NCBI GenBank assembly: GCA_028023455.1
Contig: JAQFVV010000005.1
Coordinates: 22,754,001-22,818,000, forward strand
DNA from: Epiperipatus broadwayi
Lineage: Eukaryota > Animalia > Onychophora
Direction: 5' to 3'
DNA: 64,000 bases
The notes under the pieces are model-generated. The model did not search any database. It worked only from the letters and a program-made list of their open reading frames with translations, and was not told the origin of the DNA. Position numbers and translations under genes: made by a program. Position 1 is the stretch's first letter, and each line of letters begins with the position of its first letter. Positions 63,669 to 64,000 of this stretch are shown piece after piece.

Positions 63669-64000
63669 CACACTATTTTTAATGTAACTATCATTTTAAT
63701 CTTGGAATGCACTAATCTATAATCTGTCCAACAATCTGTGCTTGTATGTGCTCAATACAAAAGGGAATTGTCTTGTATTCTGACTCCTAATTATAATGAA
63801 ATATATTAAATTCCATTGTTTCAGTGTGAATACATCCATGTTATTTTATAGCCATTTTTCACCTAAAACAAATGTGATAATCAATGCAGATGTTGTTGTA
63901 CCTGAATTCAATAATAAGAAACCATTTGAATTTACAGCATCAATACCATTATTTCCCATGAGTTTTGATCAAAATCTATTTATATTAACATGTGCATTAA

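Noticed and set aside
1-64000. Remaining short ORFs in the track (e.g. 3356-3659, 7815-8046, 37198-37641, 50786-51025, 63230-63722)
   Set aside because: Low-complexity or antisense to repeats or palindromes, with no domain motifs or splice support.

Overview
This is very AT-rich eukaryotic DNA, probably from an invertebrate and most likely an arthropod. It has one 500-N scaffold gap (48252-48751). A single + strand host gene spans 1425-49301 in 12 exons that I assembled by hand from GT/AG sites and intron phase; its 5' end lies outside the window. It encodes at least 4 EGF-like modules (symmetrical phase 1-1 exons), a 24-nt micro-exon, a ZP domain resembling the Neyo/NompA/cuticlin group, a basic furin-type site, a TM helix and a short tail. 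Exons 1-10 are clean. Exon 11 carries two compensating frameshifts, and exon 12 has an in-frame TAA between the TM helix and an otherwise open tail. The introns and the 3' flank are filled with transposon debris: Penelope-like (RT + GIY-YIG) fragments, RTE and other LINE fragments, two Helitron derivatives, a Merlin-like element with an 8-bp TSD, tRNA-derived SINEs, MITEs and a gypsy gag fragment. The most striking feature is a set of at least six sequence-distinct repeat families carrying minimal type I hammerhead ribozyme motifs with palindromic or near-palindromic stem III. Most sit in head-to-head inverted insertions, and several related insertions have 12-18 bp TSDs. One non-coding family shows a ~441-nt tandem monomer (retrozyme-like), and another has a U3-A8 core variant with a compensatory stem I change. 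All folds were read by eye; nothing was computed or searched against a database.
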